DNA of 64,000 bases, taken from contig NC_134026.1 of NCBI RefSeq assembly GCF_964204645.1, forward strand, positions 22,540,150 to 22,604,149, written 5' to 3'. Made by a program: the position numbers and the translations under genes. This DNA is from Tubulanus polymorphus. Its lineage: Eukaryota > Animalia > Nemertea. This document shows, in pieces, positions 10,192 to 23,630 of this stretch. Each line of letters opens with the position of its first letter. The stretch's first letter is position 1. The notes under the pieces were generated by a model. That model made no database searches, had not been told where the DNA came from, and saw only the letters and a program-made list of their open reading frames with translations.

Positions 10192-12016
10192 AATGGAATT
10201 GTATTCTACTCATTGATCATGTTAATTTATGTATCAATAATACAGCGTATTTTATCAGATCCTCATATATCTCCAGACATGCCCGATTCTAGTTACTTTT
10301 GAGACTGCATGGTTATCGTTTCATTATTCAACAAAAATAAGATGAATCCTAAATTTGCAGCACTTTCTATTTAGGGAAAATGTCCACATGAGGAAAATCC
10401 TTGAGAAGTCAACAAGAATGGCTAAAAGATTTTATGAAATGCTGGAATTCCAATTTATTAATTTTCTTCATAAAATTAACTTATTGAAACATTTTATTCA
10501 TCTCCTTTTCGTGAATATTATCACCATCAAGCATCTACGTTATCAGTGAACTGTACATCATTGTATTATTATCCACACGGTAAACATGCTCTTTGTTTTA
10601 CTTTTAAATATAATAATAACATACAAAGAATGTAGTGATGAGAGAGCAATTGCTAATGACATAACAAATTTTGTAAATTCACACATTGATAAACATACAT
10701 CGTGTACGAACCCTACCTATTTTTGCAACATTTTTCAATTAAGCATGAATTTAATTTCACATTTTATTAAATAGGGTCATATTATGTACAATACTTTTTA
10801 ATAGTAGTTAGCAAATTTCCATGCATTTGCATTTATCGATTTATATAAGACCAAGCATCTATGAAGAAAGCATCGCCATTGCATGGGCCACTGCTGTTAA
10901 CTACACGGTTTCCGATTCCATCCTGGATGAACATGTACACATCATACTTTAACTCGCACAAAGAGAATCAGTGGTGCCAGTTGGTGTAGCTTTAAGGTCT
11001 AGATATTCAACATTTTATTATTTAACTAAAGCCTAAGTTGCCAAACGAGGCTACTGCGTGCCAGGCTGCGTGCACCTGATTTTCTAGTTAGGCTTAACAA
11101 AAAATTCTAGGTTCGTTGTTCGGGACGTTGATATCCTTTCGTACATTGTTCATATTAAATGTTAAGCGTTCAATCATTTCCAAGGAAAACTAACTTACAA
11201 ACCATGTTTATTACTACAACGTATTCAAAATATTTTCACTTCACCATTAGATTACGAAAAATGCTGTATTCATGTAGATATACATGTATATTGTATTACT
11301 TAAAGCACCACAATGCTAACACCATTCAATTGGCATTTGCAATATAATGAGATGTCGTAAGATCAATCAGAACACATGTTCTAAGTCAGCCACAAAGAAA
11401 CACTCACACTGCATTGTAAAAGCAGAACCTTTTACATTTCTACATTCGTTATCAAGATGTTTGTCATGTATATGAATTCAAGTTACGAGAGCGTGGAGAC
11501 AGAAATGTAACTACAGAAATGTAACTTGCTGAGGGTTTTAGCCGTACGTGACAAGAAATCTTACAACAGATTCGATTGAGAATAAGGTTAAAATATACTT
11601 GTACCACTGAATATCAAGCAATGTAAGTTTCGTTTACATCCATGATGACGCCAATACACGCATGCTTAGGGCGAGAGAACACTGCTGCTAGTTATATTGT
11701 TTATTCATTTCATTGATATTATGATATTGGTAATAATAATGTTAGAAGTGTTGTGGCGCAGACATGTCAAAGGTACAAAAAATCTCGATGATGATTGTTA
11801 CAAAGGCCTGATAGTTCTGGAGATGGTAAGATAGATAGTAAATTGATGATACAGACAGAGATGATAAGAAAATCATAATAATCATATCGAGTTCAGAAAC
11901 AAAACAAATTTCTCAGAAATCTCTGCACAAAATAATGTCATTATTATTAACAATACACAAGCTCAAAACACCTTGTTTTTTGTACACAGTACGTTACGAT
12001 AATTTGATGAATTTCA

Positions 12017-15000
12017 TCAGCTCCTCTCTTCAAAGTTGCCATCGTCTTGCAGGATAAAATTTATCGCCAATTCTTCGTTCTTGTCGCATGCGAAATATGC
12101 CTGGATACAAACATCTTCCGGAAATCCCAAACTAACCATCTAAAATCGCGGAATGAAAAACATGACAAAACAATGTTTCAAAAAAATGTTTATTTTTAGG
12201 ACATTTTTATGTTTACACATAGATCTGTAAGGGACGAAATATGTGTCAAATCCTAATAATTATACGCCTTGCACTGAAATAATAGAGTCAACAGTACTTT
12301 TTTTTCAAGTTTATAAAATTTTCATTGAAATGTAATGTGTACTGACCATTAAACTTTTCAGTAACACAGCTATTTTTGGATTTTTTGGATAAGGTTCCCA
12401 ATAACTAATTACATTACAGTTTCAAACACCCGAATTGAAATACACAGTATTGATTACTCACGCGATCAATGGCAGCTTTTTCGGTCGGAGTAACTTGAAT
12501 CGTTTCAAAACCAGGCGCGGGAGGTGCAGCTTCAGACATGTCGGCTGGTATGCTAGCGCTGTCCGCATTCAACATTTCAATAAACTGTTCTTGATTCTGG
12601 GTGATTAACTGCAAAAATACAAACATATACATGTATACCAAATCTCAGCTCAAATTTACACAATGAATTGAATTGATAAAATGGCAATGAAGATGATATT
12701 AAGCATCACGGATATTTTGCTGTTTTTGAATTATTTGACGGGAGAAACAAACAGAAACTCACTTGTAATAACTCGGGATTCGATTGGCCGATACTTTGAA
12801 GGAGCATTGGTAAATTTTCTGGGTTAGATTGAACCATTCTTCTCATCGTCTGAAACTGGGGTAGATTTAGTAAGAAACCAAGCTGACCCATACCTGTAAT
12901 AGGAAAAATAAAAGCATTTACATTGTAATCAGAAGTTAAGCAAACGAACCAGAGTAAAAACTATTGATAATTGATACTCTAGCAGAATTTTGTGAACCTA
13001 ACCCCACAACACAAGGATTTTGTCAAGGATTCCAGGGACACCATACCAACTTGGAAGGTGGTTTGAAATGACCTTGACATTCACCACAGTAATAGACCAT
13101 GTCATAATTTACGGAATTGAATCACGAATCACACCACCTCAACAGAAAGGAGGTTTCGGACTCTCCAAAAGGTCACGTGACCAATGATATAGCACAATTG
13201 GAGGCCAACGGATTCCTCAATTCGATAAAAAGTACAATCGTCCAATTTTCCATGAAATATTCGATAAAGGACCATGGATCCAGTAGGATCAAATGAGTAC
13301 GGTTTACTTTTGAGCAGAAAAATCGAATTGTTATGGGATTTGCAATACGTATAAAGATGAAATCTTGGTAAACATCAACACTAGTAAGCAGGTTCAACTA
13401 TGATGATATATACATGCTCATGTAAAACCGGTAGGTTTGACTCACTAGCATGTGGCTAAACAATCAATGCAATATTTGTTCAATATACATTGAACTTGGA
13501 TATTGAAGGGCTCTCCCAGTGACATCAAGCACCGATTAGTAGAATGGGGAAAAATTCATTGAAATTTTGCTCATTTTCTCCCAATACTTCCGAATGGCAA
13601 ACAGCTGACAGACGAAAATTTCCATTCTAATTCTAACACCGAATTCCCTCCTGACCACAAAATATCAGCTTTGTATATCCAGTGACTACAATATGTGTGA
13701 CGAAGAGCTAACAGAAAGTTACTCTCAGAACCATTCTATAAGGATAAACACTGTTGATCCAAAAAAAGAATATGCTAGAGTGTTGATATTGCCGATCCAA
13801 ATTGAGCGCAATTTGGCCGTCTTGATTTTGATCTGGGCTACAGATGCATCTAGGGTAATACATATAAACCAAATATCTAGACCATATATCAAAGTGCAAT
13901 GAAAACTTCCCAAAGAAACTAGATCCTGTCCACAGAAGGACGAACAAAACAATAGCTAATAAATAAAATCAAGCCATTGATTTGAAATGGTTACCTCCGC
14001 CTCCTCCACCTTGTGCAGCTGCAGGTGTACTTGCAGCAGCTGGTGTACTGGAAGGTTGAGATGATGCCCGTTGACTGCCAGTGGCTGGTGCTGCGGCAGC
14101 CGGGGGTTGCCCCGCTTCCGGTGCGGCAACAGGTACAGCTGGAGCTTCAGGTGCAACAGTTGGTATATTTCCCTAGAAAAATCATATAATCCATTTTACA
14201 CTGATTATATTGAGTGAATATTAGGAAATCAGTACGTAACTGTACTTACCATACACAGATATTCGACTGCTCGGTCAGGATTATTAAAACTAGCTCTCAA
14301 CGCCCGTACCACCAATTCTCGTTGGAATCCCATGCTCATTATTTCTGTAACAGTATTCTCGTATGCGCTTCCAGTCACTAGTGCACTCTCCGCATTGACT
14401 ATTTCACCAGTATCACTACCAGCCACTTCATCAGTTGTGCTGTAGAAAAAATGCGAATCTCATTAAAGACCAATAATAACATATAGGCAGTGAACATCTG
14501 CAACCTAGTAACTCACCACACTCAAGTCTGCTAACTTCGTAGCTCATAAATTTGTATATTCATTAATCATTTTTATCTTTAAATTACCTTTCACTTTCTG
14601 TTTATTTTCCCTGGTCAACTCACAACTTAATTCATAATAATCATTTGTATTGTAACTTAATTCCTTATAGTATTTTTAAGTTGACGATCTCTAGCACTTC
14701 ATAACAGTGAGTCATACAACAATATTGATATATTGATTATTTGTAGTGTACACAACACCAGTCATCATTCTCTTGTGACCTGTATTGTCTAGAGATGTAT
14801 GTTACACGCACTTTTAACTGTTTGAAACCAAATACTTCGATTTCAAGAAAAAATATTTGATTCTGGATCCGGGAAGCAGTCAATGCACTATAGGGTAAAA
14901 GAATTAGCAAAACTTTGCAGTCACATATCTTGTATTAATTCGTATGAAAATTGCTACAAATTAAAAGGAATTGACTTTACTATTTGTAATAACAAAAACA

Positions 15001-16948
15001 ATTTACCTTAGAAACAACTAAAACATTTCTACATGATTACTGCACTGGCCTGCCGTATTAAAACTATCCTAATAATACAATTTTCTTACATTGCAGATGC
15101 AGCTGTACCAGTCGCACCGGTAGCCGAGGCTGGCTTATCTTCTTCTTTTGCTTCCGTTTCCATCGGGTCATCTTTTTTCGGTTCAGGCTGACTCGCAGCA
15201 GGAGTTTCAGCGGCAGGTTGCGGAGCCGCTGCTGCAGCTGGGGCAGTAGATGTCGATTCCATACTCTCTGCTGCAGGCTTGGGCGTCGCTTTCGGCTAGA
15301 ATGAATCAACATACTTTATTCAAAACAATTTTTCCGTGAAAATTCCTAAACAACAGAGTACTACGTAGTTGCTTAGTTTATGTTAGATATAAGTTTTGAC
15401 TACCAGATAGGCAGATATGAATTGAGAAATGAATACTAGCAAGTATTGTTCAAAAACCTATGGTATAGTAAGATTAATCAGGCTTTTCCTGGCTTTACTT
15501 CAAATTCCATGATTTACCTGGCCAGAGCTACAAAATATTCATTTCAGGCTTTTTTGGATCGCTATTAACATTTCAGGTTCTATAAATCCCAGCCGAGGAT
15601 GAGCAATGGAAGCAGTAAATGATCTCAAGGATAAAAGAACTAATCAGGGGTGGTTTTATGGACCGCGTGCTAGGATTAAGTCGTCTATAGATAATCATTC
15701 TCTGTGGCTACTATACAGTACATGAAATCGCTCAATCAATATGAACTACGTATGAATTGATATTTCCATTTCTTCCCATTTACCTTTGCCACCATTACAA
15801 CAATGAAGTTCTTTTCATCAATTTTGTATTCCGATATGATTTTGTCATCTTCAAGAATTCGACCTACAAAAAATACCCTGTACATTACATTTTTTAAAAT
15901 CATGATCAAGCTAACAATGACAGACCCGGCAGCTTTAGAAATGAACTGATAACAAATTTTAATGCAGGTTACAAAATTACCTGGCTGATTAGAGAAGAAA
16001 CAATGTGGGCCCCTATTATTTAATTTTTGCTTATCATCTCAAAGGTCTAAGAACCCCTGCATCAGTTTTGACCCAAGAGACATTTCATTCAAACTGAAAT
16101 TGTTTCAAAAAGCATGGATCAAGGGAATCTATTAGGTACCAAACCAAAAAAGAAACGTACCAGCATAGATCAACTTTTGACCGCCAACAGGAAAATCATT
16201 TCCACGCTCAGATGCGATTTTCTCTTTCAAATCTTTGACCTAGAAATAATACAATGTAATAATATCATTAAAGCAAACACCAGGTATAAAATGTTACGCA
16301 ATTTCAGGTTAGGCCTAAGGCATGTAATGATGCTTTTTCTGATTGGATAGCGATTCATTCTGCTCAGGAGGTTAAAGTTGAAGGGAGTAAATTTCTTAGA
16401 AGGCTTAATTAAAAACTAGTTGGCATGCTTTGATGCGATTTTTAGTGCGACATTTCCACTTTTGACTTTTTACACAAAGGCTCAATCAATTTACAAACAA
16501 GTTAGGAATTAGGGGCCTATCTTAGTGTCATCCGTCTCACCTTGCGCTTTAAGGTACGGACACTAACTCAGAAAAATTTTGATTTTGGTCCCAACCGGGG
16601 CACTTAAACTATAATAACAGGGACAGATTTTCAAATTTGGATCATTTTATCAAATCGACTATTCCATAAATTTTCTGTACTAAAATTGGGTACGTTCATT
16701 GGATTAGACCAGCAAAATCTCTAAAAATATATGATCAGCACTATTATAAGACGGGGAATTTGCCCTGCCTCCCCATTACGGGCACATGTGTAGTGGCGAT
16801 TGGCGATTCCCAATTTTCAAATATGCCTGGTTAGTGGTGAATTGCAAAATTCGAGATGTCTCCCCACCACACCGCCGCATACCTTCGCCGTCTCTTCTAT
16901 TTCAATTTTGAACGTCTTCTGTTGAAGGGTTTTCAGTGTGATGAGCAT
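12017..16948 (-). CDS. RAD23: UV excision repair protein RAD23 (UBL-UBA-XPC-binding-UBA), multi-exon
   Basis: [17 protein letters not shown] start, [28 protein letters not shown] (UBA1), [35 protein letters not shown] (XPC-binding), [27 protein letters not shown] (UBA2); stop at 12017-12019. Confidence 0.96.
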
Positions 16949-17571
16949 ATTGTCGTTTTGTTGCTCAATTAAAAACGATCGAAATGGGTTCAGCTCGCGG
17001 CACCGCTTACAGAATAGAGCAATTTACATTAATTTATCACTCGAAAATTCGAGCCGACTTGGCCGTCCTACGATCGCCGCCATTAAATGTGACGTCATCA
17101 TCGAAGCGGGTTCGAATCCCACCATAATCCTAGGCGACTACGAAGCGTCAGTGACGCGGGAACTTTTGAAATTTACTAATTTCTGTGAACAGCTAAAAAT
17201 CGCAGAAAAGGGCATAGAATTTCACTTGATGTAAAAGAAATTTGGACTGTGTGAAAATGAATCTAGCTTTCTATGGCACAGGAAATAAATCTTACCAGAG
17301 GCCTACAAAATTCATTTTCCAAGACTGAGCATCACGAAATGTTAATTATATTCCTGCCGATTCATGTTTCATGATTCCACCTCTATAGTAGCCTTCTGGT
17401 GACATTATATCAATAATTAACTCGGGGAAAAAAGATTTATTTATTTCAAAATATTTATTGAATTTTTATTTTCAGATCATAGCACAAAAATTAAAATAAA
17501 CACCACCGGTTAATTATTTACAAATAAAACGATTTAACTGTGCGTCCTTTCGTTGCGCAGTAGGCCTACGT

Positions 17572-18459
17572 TCATTTCTTCGCCCTTGCTGCTTTAGCCT
17601 TCTGTAAAAGAAAATCGATTAACGTTATTTTGCAAATTGGCATAATACATTAATAGGGCTATTATAGCTGAAAATTGCTCACTGACCGCTTTCGATGGCG
17701 TCTTCTTGGGACTTCTCTTTGTTCCTCGTTTCGCTGCCGTTGTCTTAGAATCCGCTTTTTTGGTTTTAGTAGTTTTACTTTTACCGTCGGCGGCAGCTTT
17801 ATTGGCCGTTTTCTTCGTACCGGTAGCCTTCGTCGGGGTGGCTATCTTTTTTGTTGTTTTTGCTTTAGTTGCTTTTACTGTAGCTTTCACCGTGACCTTC
17901 TTTGCTATTGGTTTCTTACCGGATCCCTCTTCATCGTTCTTCGGTTTCGGCGATTTTTTAGCTTTGGCTTCTTTCGTAATCTTTACCACTTGTTTCTTCT
18001 TAGCTGCAATCGATTTCGGTTTCGGTTTGCTGGCTACTTTTTCCTGTTTTGCTAATTCCGCCTTCACAATTTTGATCCTTCCGCTTAAACTAGTAGGATT
18101 GTCTGCCTGGGTTTTAGGCCGGGAAAGTACGCCACTTTCAAGACCTGAAAAAAAGACAATTGTTCAATTCATTACAAATATATCATATGTTTCAATAATG
18201 TCCCACTAACATAAACAATATCAAATTCAAACCATTTACCTTTGGTTAAGGCTCTCTTAATACGGTGTTTTACGAAGGAGGGATCAATACCATGTTGTTT
18301 GACCAGGTAATCTTTAATGAAATTCACTGATGCTCCCTTCGGATCGTCATTATGCCGGATGGCTTCGATCATCATTTTCAGCGTATCCGGACCGCTAGAA
18401 CGCTTCGGTTTCGGTGGAGATGCATGGACACTTTTTTCAGAATCACTTGAGTCACCCAT
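17572..18459 (-). CDS. Intron-containing linker histone H1, probably oocyte/cleavage-stage type (H1.8/B4-like); 3 exons
   Basis: Globular domain LKMMIEAIRHNDDPKGASVNFIKDYL...IKRALTKGLESGVL...GRIKI, a long K/A-rich tail with SPKK/TPxK motifs, two GT-AG introns, and AATAAA rather than a histone stem-loop. Confidence 0.85.
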
Positions 18460-19433
18460 GATCACAGGTCTAAATACACTATGAATTTTAGCGAGCGAAG
18501 TCTGATCTATTACTCCTATATAGATCGTTGAACCACCGGTTTAAATAGTCCATGTATCCGCAACGAGCCGTGACATGTTTGACCGAATGTCATGTGATTA
18601 CTAAACGGTTTCGATACGAAACTCTAGTTGGCCCTCGCGGTGTGTTTTTTTCTTATCAAAATGCTGTCAAAATACGAAATACGTGCGCGTTTAAAATTCT
18701 ACGAATAAATTTGACATATTTTTTCATAATGGAATTGTATGATTGAGTGAAATAATTCGGGTAGATTATTTCCAGTCTTCGGCATTGCGCAGTTTTGTCG
18801 ACAGAAGTCCATCCAGAAATTGCTTCGTGAATTGGAAAATCGTGGCTTTATCATTTTTGCAGTCAAGTATGCTCACGAAGTTTCAGAATTCACAACCACA
18901 AACCGAAATCTAGATGCTTTCCCAAAAATCTTGATAGAGTCCATCGAAAATATGGGATTAGGTTGGCTTTGAAGAATCGGAACGAGCACACCTGTATCGA
19001 CGAACGATGTTTTCATTTTACTACGAAATAAATAAATTAGGAAGGGTGTATCGAACGAACAAAAGCAATGAAAAATGATTTCCAATAATATACTATCATA
19101 ATCAGATCGCAGACTAAAAATACGCGCACGATACGTTATGGCATCGCGGGGTGTCGGAATGAGTCTCGATGTATTGACAAAGTTGCTGCGAGTCATTAAC
19201 GTTAGACTATTATATCGACACAAGGCTCATATGTAAAACGCTCATTTGCCATAGAAATTGATCAGAATACATATCAACAGTTATATCACCGTTTCAATGA
19301 AGCTTCACAATTTTACAACAACCACGTTGATCATTATTTTCGATTGGGAATCATGAAAATCTCCATGGCCACGGGTGTTGTCACTTCAAGTGATAATTTC
19401 ACATGGTGGATCGTTGGTTGAGTAAATACGGTT

Positions 19434-21562
19434 ATGGGAGGCAGTGATCGGGATAATTCTTTACATTCGAAAATATTATTAGGAATATTTCTAATTTTCG
19501 AGATGAAAATAACAGGAGCAATTGCATTTGAGAGTGAGTTTATATTTTTGATATAAGATAATTTTCTAAAACTTGGGATATAAATATATGATATTTTTCG
19601 TAGATGCTATAATAAAAACCCCTGGAACCGCGATGCGCTTAAACTGCGACTTTGAGTCAGCATGCCGATTATCTCTTTCCGAACAATTCGAAATAGTGCC
19701 AGCCCGGAAGATGCCTCCTTTCAAGGACCATACGCTCAACGGTAAGTATTTTTTAACTTTCGGCAAATTTTCTGAACCTATTTCTAAAGATAAATCATCA
19801 ATTCAAGCTAAGACAGGTAAATGGCAGCCTTATATGTTCGTCGCAAATATTCTATTTGAAAATATGCACCAGTTCACACCCTTTTTGGTACATTTTGGTA
19901 CGTGTTCAGTAGAAATCTTATATAGTTAACCAGTGGTAATCTAATCATTTCCAAATTGTTTTTTTTTTCATATTCTTGAATTTTGAGATATCATATAATG
20001 CATGCTAATATTGTGCATATTGTGCATATGCATGCGATTCTTACAAATCTTTCATTTACGACCCATTACGAATTTCAGACGCAAGCGGGACTTTATTGAA
20101 TGTTGACACATCTCGCAGCGGTGAAATGTCAATTAAATCTCCATGGCTCTCGTCATCCGAAGTTGTCAATGCCACTACTTGCATTAACTTCTGGTTTTAT
20201 TCGAAAATCGTAAGAAGTACGCGACGAGGCCGAACCCGTCCGATCTCTCTGAACACCTCAGTCATCACTGCAGATGGCGAACACGTTTTCTATGAAATCG
20301 GCATCTATGGTATCTTGTCCGAATGGCGGGAATTCGACTGGAACGTGCTTCTTGGTGGCCGAGATTATATGGTAAGAATTATGCGCACTTTTTTACTTTT
20401 TAGATTAGATATATACTACAGATTCAAATAATGTCATTTCTTAGCAATTATTACTTGGCAACTTAGCGGATTGAATAATGGACAACGATTCCTTTTCAGG
20501 TAGTATTGACTGTATCATGGCCATCTTTCCTGAAGGTTAATTTCTTGGTGTTCGATGATTTTCAATTCGCAGATGAATCCTGTACAGAGTTAAGTAAGCG
20601 AAAATCATTTTTCTATCTTGAATGGATTTAAACCAGTTAATCAATGAAATAATTTTGTCGTGATCGGCTTGAATTCAATGTTTTATGATCTCTTTACATG
20701 ACGCCGAGAGAGGAGATGTCATTTTATCAGGATGTTCCAGTGTCCGAACGGAACCTGTTTAGACCACCGGCATATTTGTGATGGTAGCGATGACTGCGGG
20801 GATGGAGCCGATGAAGCCGACCATTGCGGTAAGGACAACCAGCAAGCAGGTTGGAGCATGGACGTAACTAGATCGAAGATGCCGACTTAACGTCGTCACT
20901 CCAGCTACACCGTGGAACTGTTCTAAAGGCACTTTTCCGACTGTCACGCCAAGGTGCAGCTAACCCGTTTTTTGCAGTCTTCCTTTGAACTAGTCTGGTG
21001 CGCCGTCCTTCTACTAGTTTATACGTCCACAGTAATCATTTGACAAATGATAACTGCAAGCACAAGTTATTAAGTTACAACTGCAACATGTTTGTGATGC
21101 CATTAATTACTGGTGATGAAAGAGGTCATGAAATGATGAAATTGATGCCGGCATGATGGCTCTCAACATGACCCGATTGCCAGGCTAAAATGCTTGAAAT
21201 TGTGGGGGAACCACAATTCAGACAACGGAAGCTTGTTTTACAAAATACTAAGGAAAAAAAACGAAACAAAAAATTGTGCCTAATTTCTTGTTTTAATTTC
21301 AGTTGTTGCATCGAACTACATTTTCGTCGCAGTCCTTTTGGGAATTAGCGGTTCGATGGTTGTAACATTTATTCTTTACCGTCGAAGACTCAAAAAAATT
21401 GAACACAAAGGGTATTATTCGGTATTGAGGCAGCAGAACTCTTCCAGACGAACTTGTAAAGCGAGAACCAGTGAACCGGACACTCAAACCCATTTACTTG
21501 CTTTATATCACCAGTACTATATACAATCTCTGTCATCCAAACACAATTCGACTTACGTATAA
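19434..21562 (+). CDS. Small single-pass membrane protein with one MAM domain and one LDL-receptor class A repeat
   Basis: Exons give a hydrophobic leader, LNCDFES...DHTL...IKSPWL...CINFWFY...EWREF...[11 protein letters not shown] (MAM), [37 protein letters not shown] (LDLa), and [26 protein letters not shown]. Start codon uncertain. Confidence 0.75.
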
Positions 21563-23630
21563 AAATCTCTGAAAAAGATATACTAGCGAGATGTCCGATG
21601 TTAGGTTTGAAATGGCAATAAAGAAATCAAATATTGAAATTTACTGTTTTTGATATGACATTACCCAGTTAAAAGGCACGGGTGGACATTGAAGTCAGTT
21701 TTTCTATCGATGGAAGTTTTCACCTTAGCACCAGAATCCGCCGAAAAACGTGGAGAAGCTATTCAAGCACCAAAACCGTTTGGAATCGTGCATGGAAAAA
21801 TCGAAAATCGTTCGGATGCCTTCTTGAAATGATCTATCTGTCTATCGTGCGTGCTCCAGTCTGGACGGACACTTTCGATTGAAAGATCTGTCAATGTATA
21901 CCCGAAATTCTCCGGGTAAAATGTCAGAAAATGCCCTGAAAGTTGTTACAGAAGATAATAAGTTAAAGAAAGATATTTTCTGTGATCAATTCTTCGCAGC
22001 GTAAAATTGAACAAGAAATTCACGTAGATGCTTAGAACACAGGAAAGAAACACCGGTGCCTGGCCTATATGGGATTCGAAACCAATTTATATCATGTTGA
22101 ATTGAATAATGTTGAATTGAATTGTTGAAGTCTTCGGGTGCCGCTAGGTAGTGCTGTATTCGTTCTACGCGATCGTACTTTCGATTTCTTGCTTAAATTC
22201 ACGGTTGCGAAATATATGAATTAGCATGTTAATGAGCTCTATATAAAATCTAATACATGTTGAATATTTTTGTAAAAGTTTATACGCTCTAAACTATCGA
22301 AATTTTGTGGATAATATCCAAAATGAATCAAATGACAGTTACTTCCGGGTTTTTGACAGTCTGGGTTTAATATAGTCAGTAACCTGTCTGTGGTTTAGTT
22401 TCACGATCGGATATTTTCACAAACCACAGTCAGGAATGGGAAGGTCATTTTTGTATGAAATCTTCGTCAGCCAATTTGACTGACGAGTAATTTGCCTGGC
22501 ATTTCATTGTCTCTTAAGATATCTGTCTAATTTTTGTTGTAATCGACGCACAACAGATTCGTAGTTTGTCTGATACCTATAACACCTCACCTGACGATCT
22601 TAATCCATGTGCAAATCGGCCGTAAAGTGAGAGTAAATTTCCGTCCAGTCAACAGCTGCCATTTCGAAAATTACTGGAGGTGCTGGCACCTGTGGACTGA
22701 GGCCAGGACAACAGCACAAACTAACGAAGCGAAACGACGAAATTAAAAAAAATTAAGAAATCAATACTTATTTACATTTTGCTTTTACCATAAATTTAAT
22801 AATTCATTATTTGTTATGGAAAACACGAAGATTTGAAATAAAAGTTGGAAAACCATCAAAAATAAAAATTGTCGTTTCGTCTTGAAAGTTTTATATAAAT
22901 CCTTGTAGGTCCCCTTGTCTTATCATGCAACATGTGCAATACAGAGAAATGGCGGCCAATGGCGAAATTTGTGGAGAAATTAATCAATTTCTCAAAATAA
23001 TGTTGATTAATCACTCGAAACATACATAAAATTGGATTATTTCGAAAGGTACCTGTGTTAGTTTGTGAATTAAGCCATTAATTGTGGACTGAAGTGAATA
23101 GAAAGTATATTTTTGAAGTGTTACTTTTTTCAACCGTGTTTTGGTCCTTGTCATCCCTAACGTTGGTATAAGCCCATCCGATTATAAAAAGCTTACCACC
23201 AACGATTAGGTAACTAACTAGGTTTAATACGTTCCGCATCTACAGAAATGTAATTTTCACATTTTCCACCAAGGCGCAACAATATCTATTTCTATTTGTC
23301 GAGTCCATTCCTCCACAAAACTAATTTTACATTCCAAATAGGTTTATAGAAAGTTAAATGGTCAATAAAAAATGGAAAATGTATAAGATGGCGGTAATAT
23401 TGCCATGCCACCCTAAAAATCCTTGCATATAAAGGCCTCTGCTAGGAAAAATGTTCGACCCCTATGTTGAAAGAATTATGTGATAAAGCTTTGCTCGCTA
23501 CAAATGCTTTGATAGAACATTTTCAAAACTAGTTCGTGAAATTAGTCACAGAAATCGAGACTTATCTAAATCTACAACTAATGCTAATATGCATTTTCTT
23601 CAAATTTCGAGAGTTTCAGTAGACGTCGCT

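Noticed and set aside
17085-17125. GGTTCGAATCCC B-box/T-loop motif next to TGACGTCA upstream of RAD23
   Set aside because: No acceptor stem, D-arm or anticodon arm could be folded, so it is not a tRNA; at most an isolated promoter element.
17675-18209. Hydrophobic plus-strand ORFs (126 and 167 aa) that look like membrane proteins
   Set aside because: Antisense shadows of the Lys/Ala-rich H1 tail.
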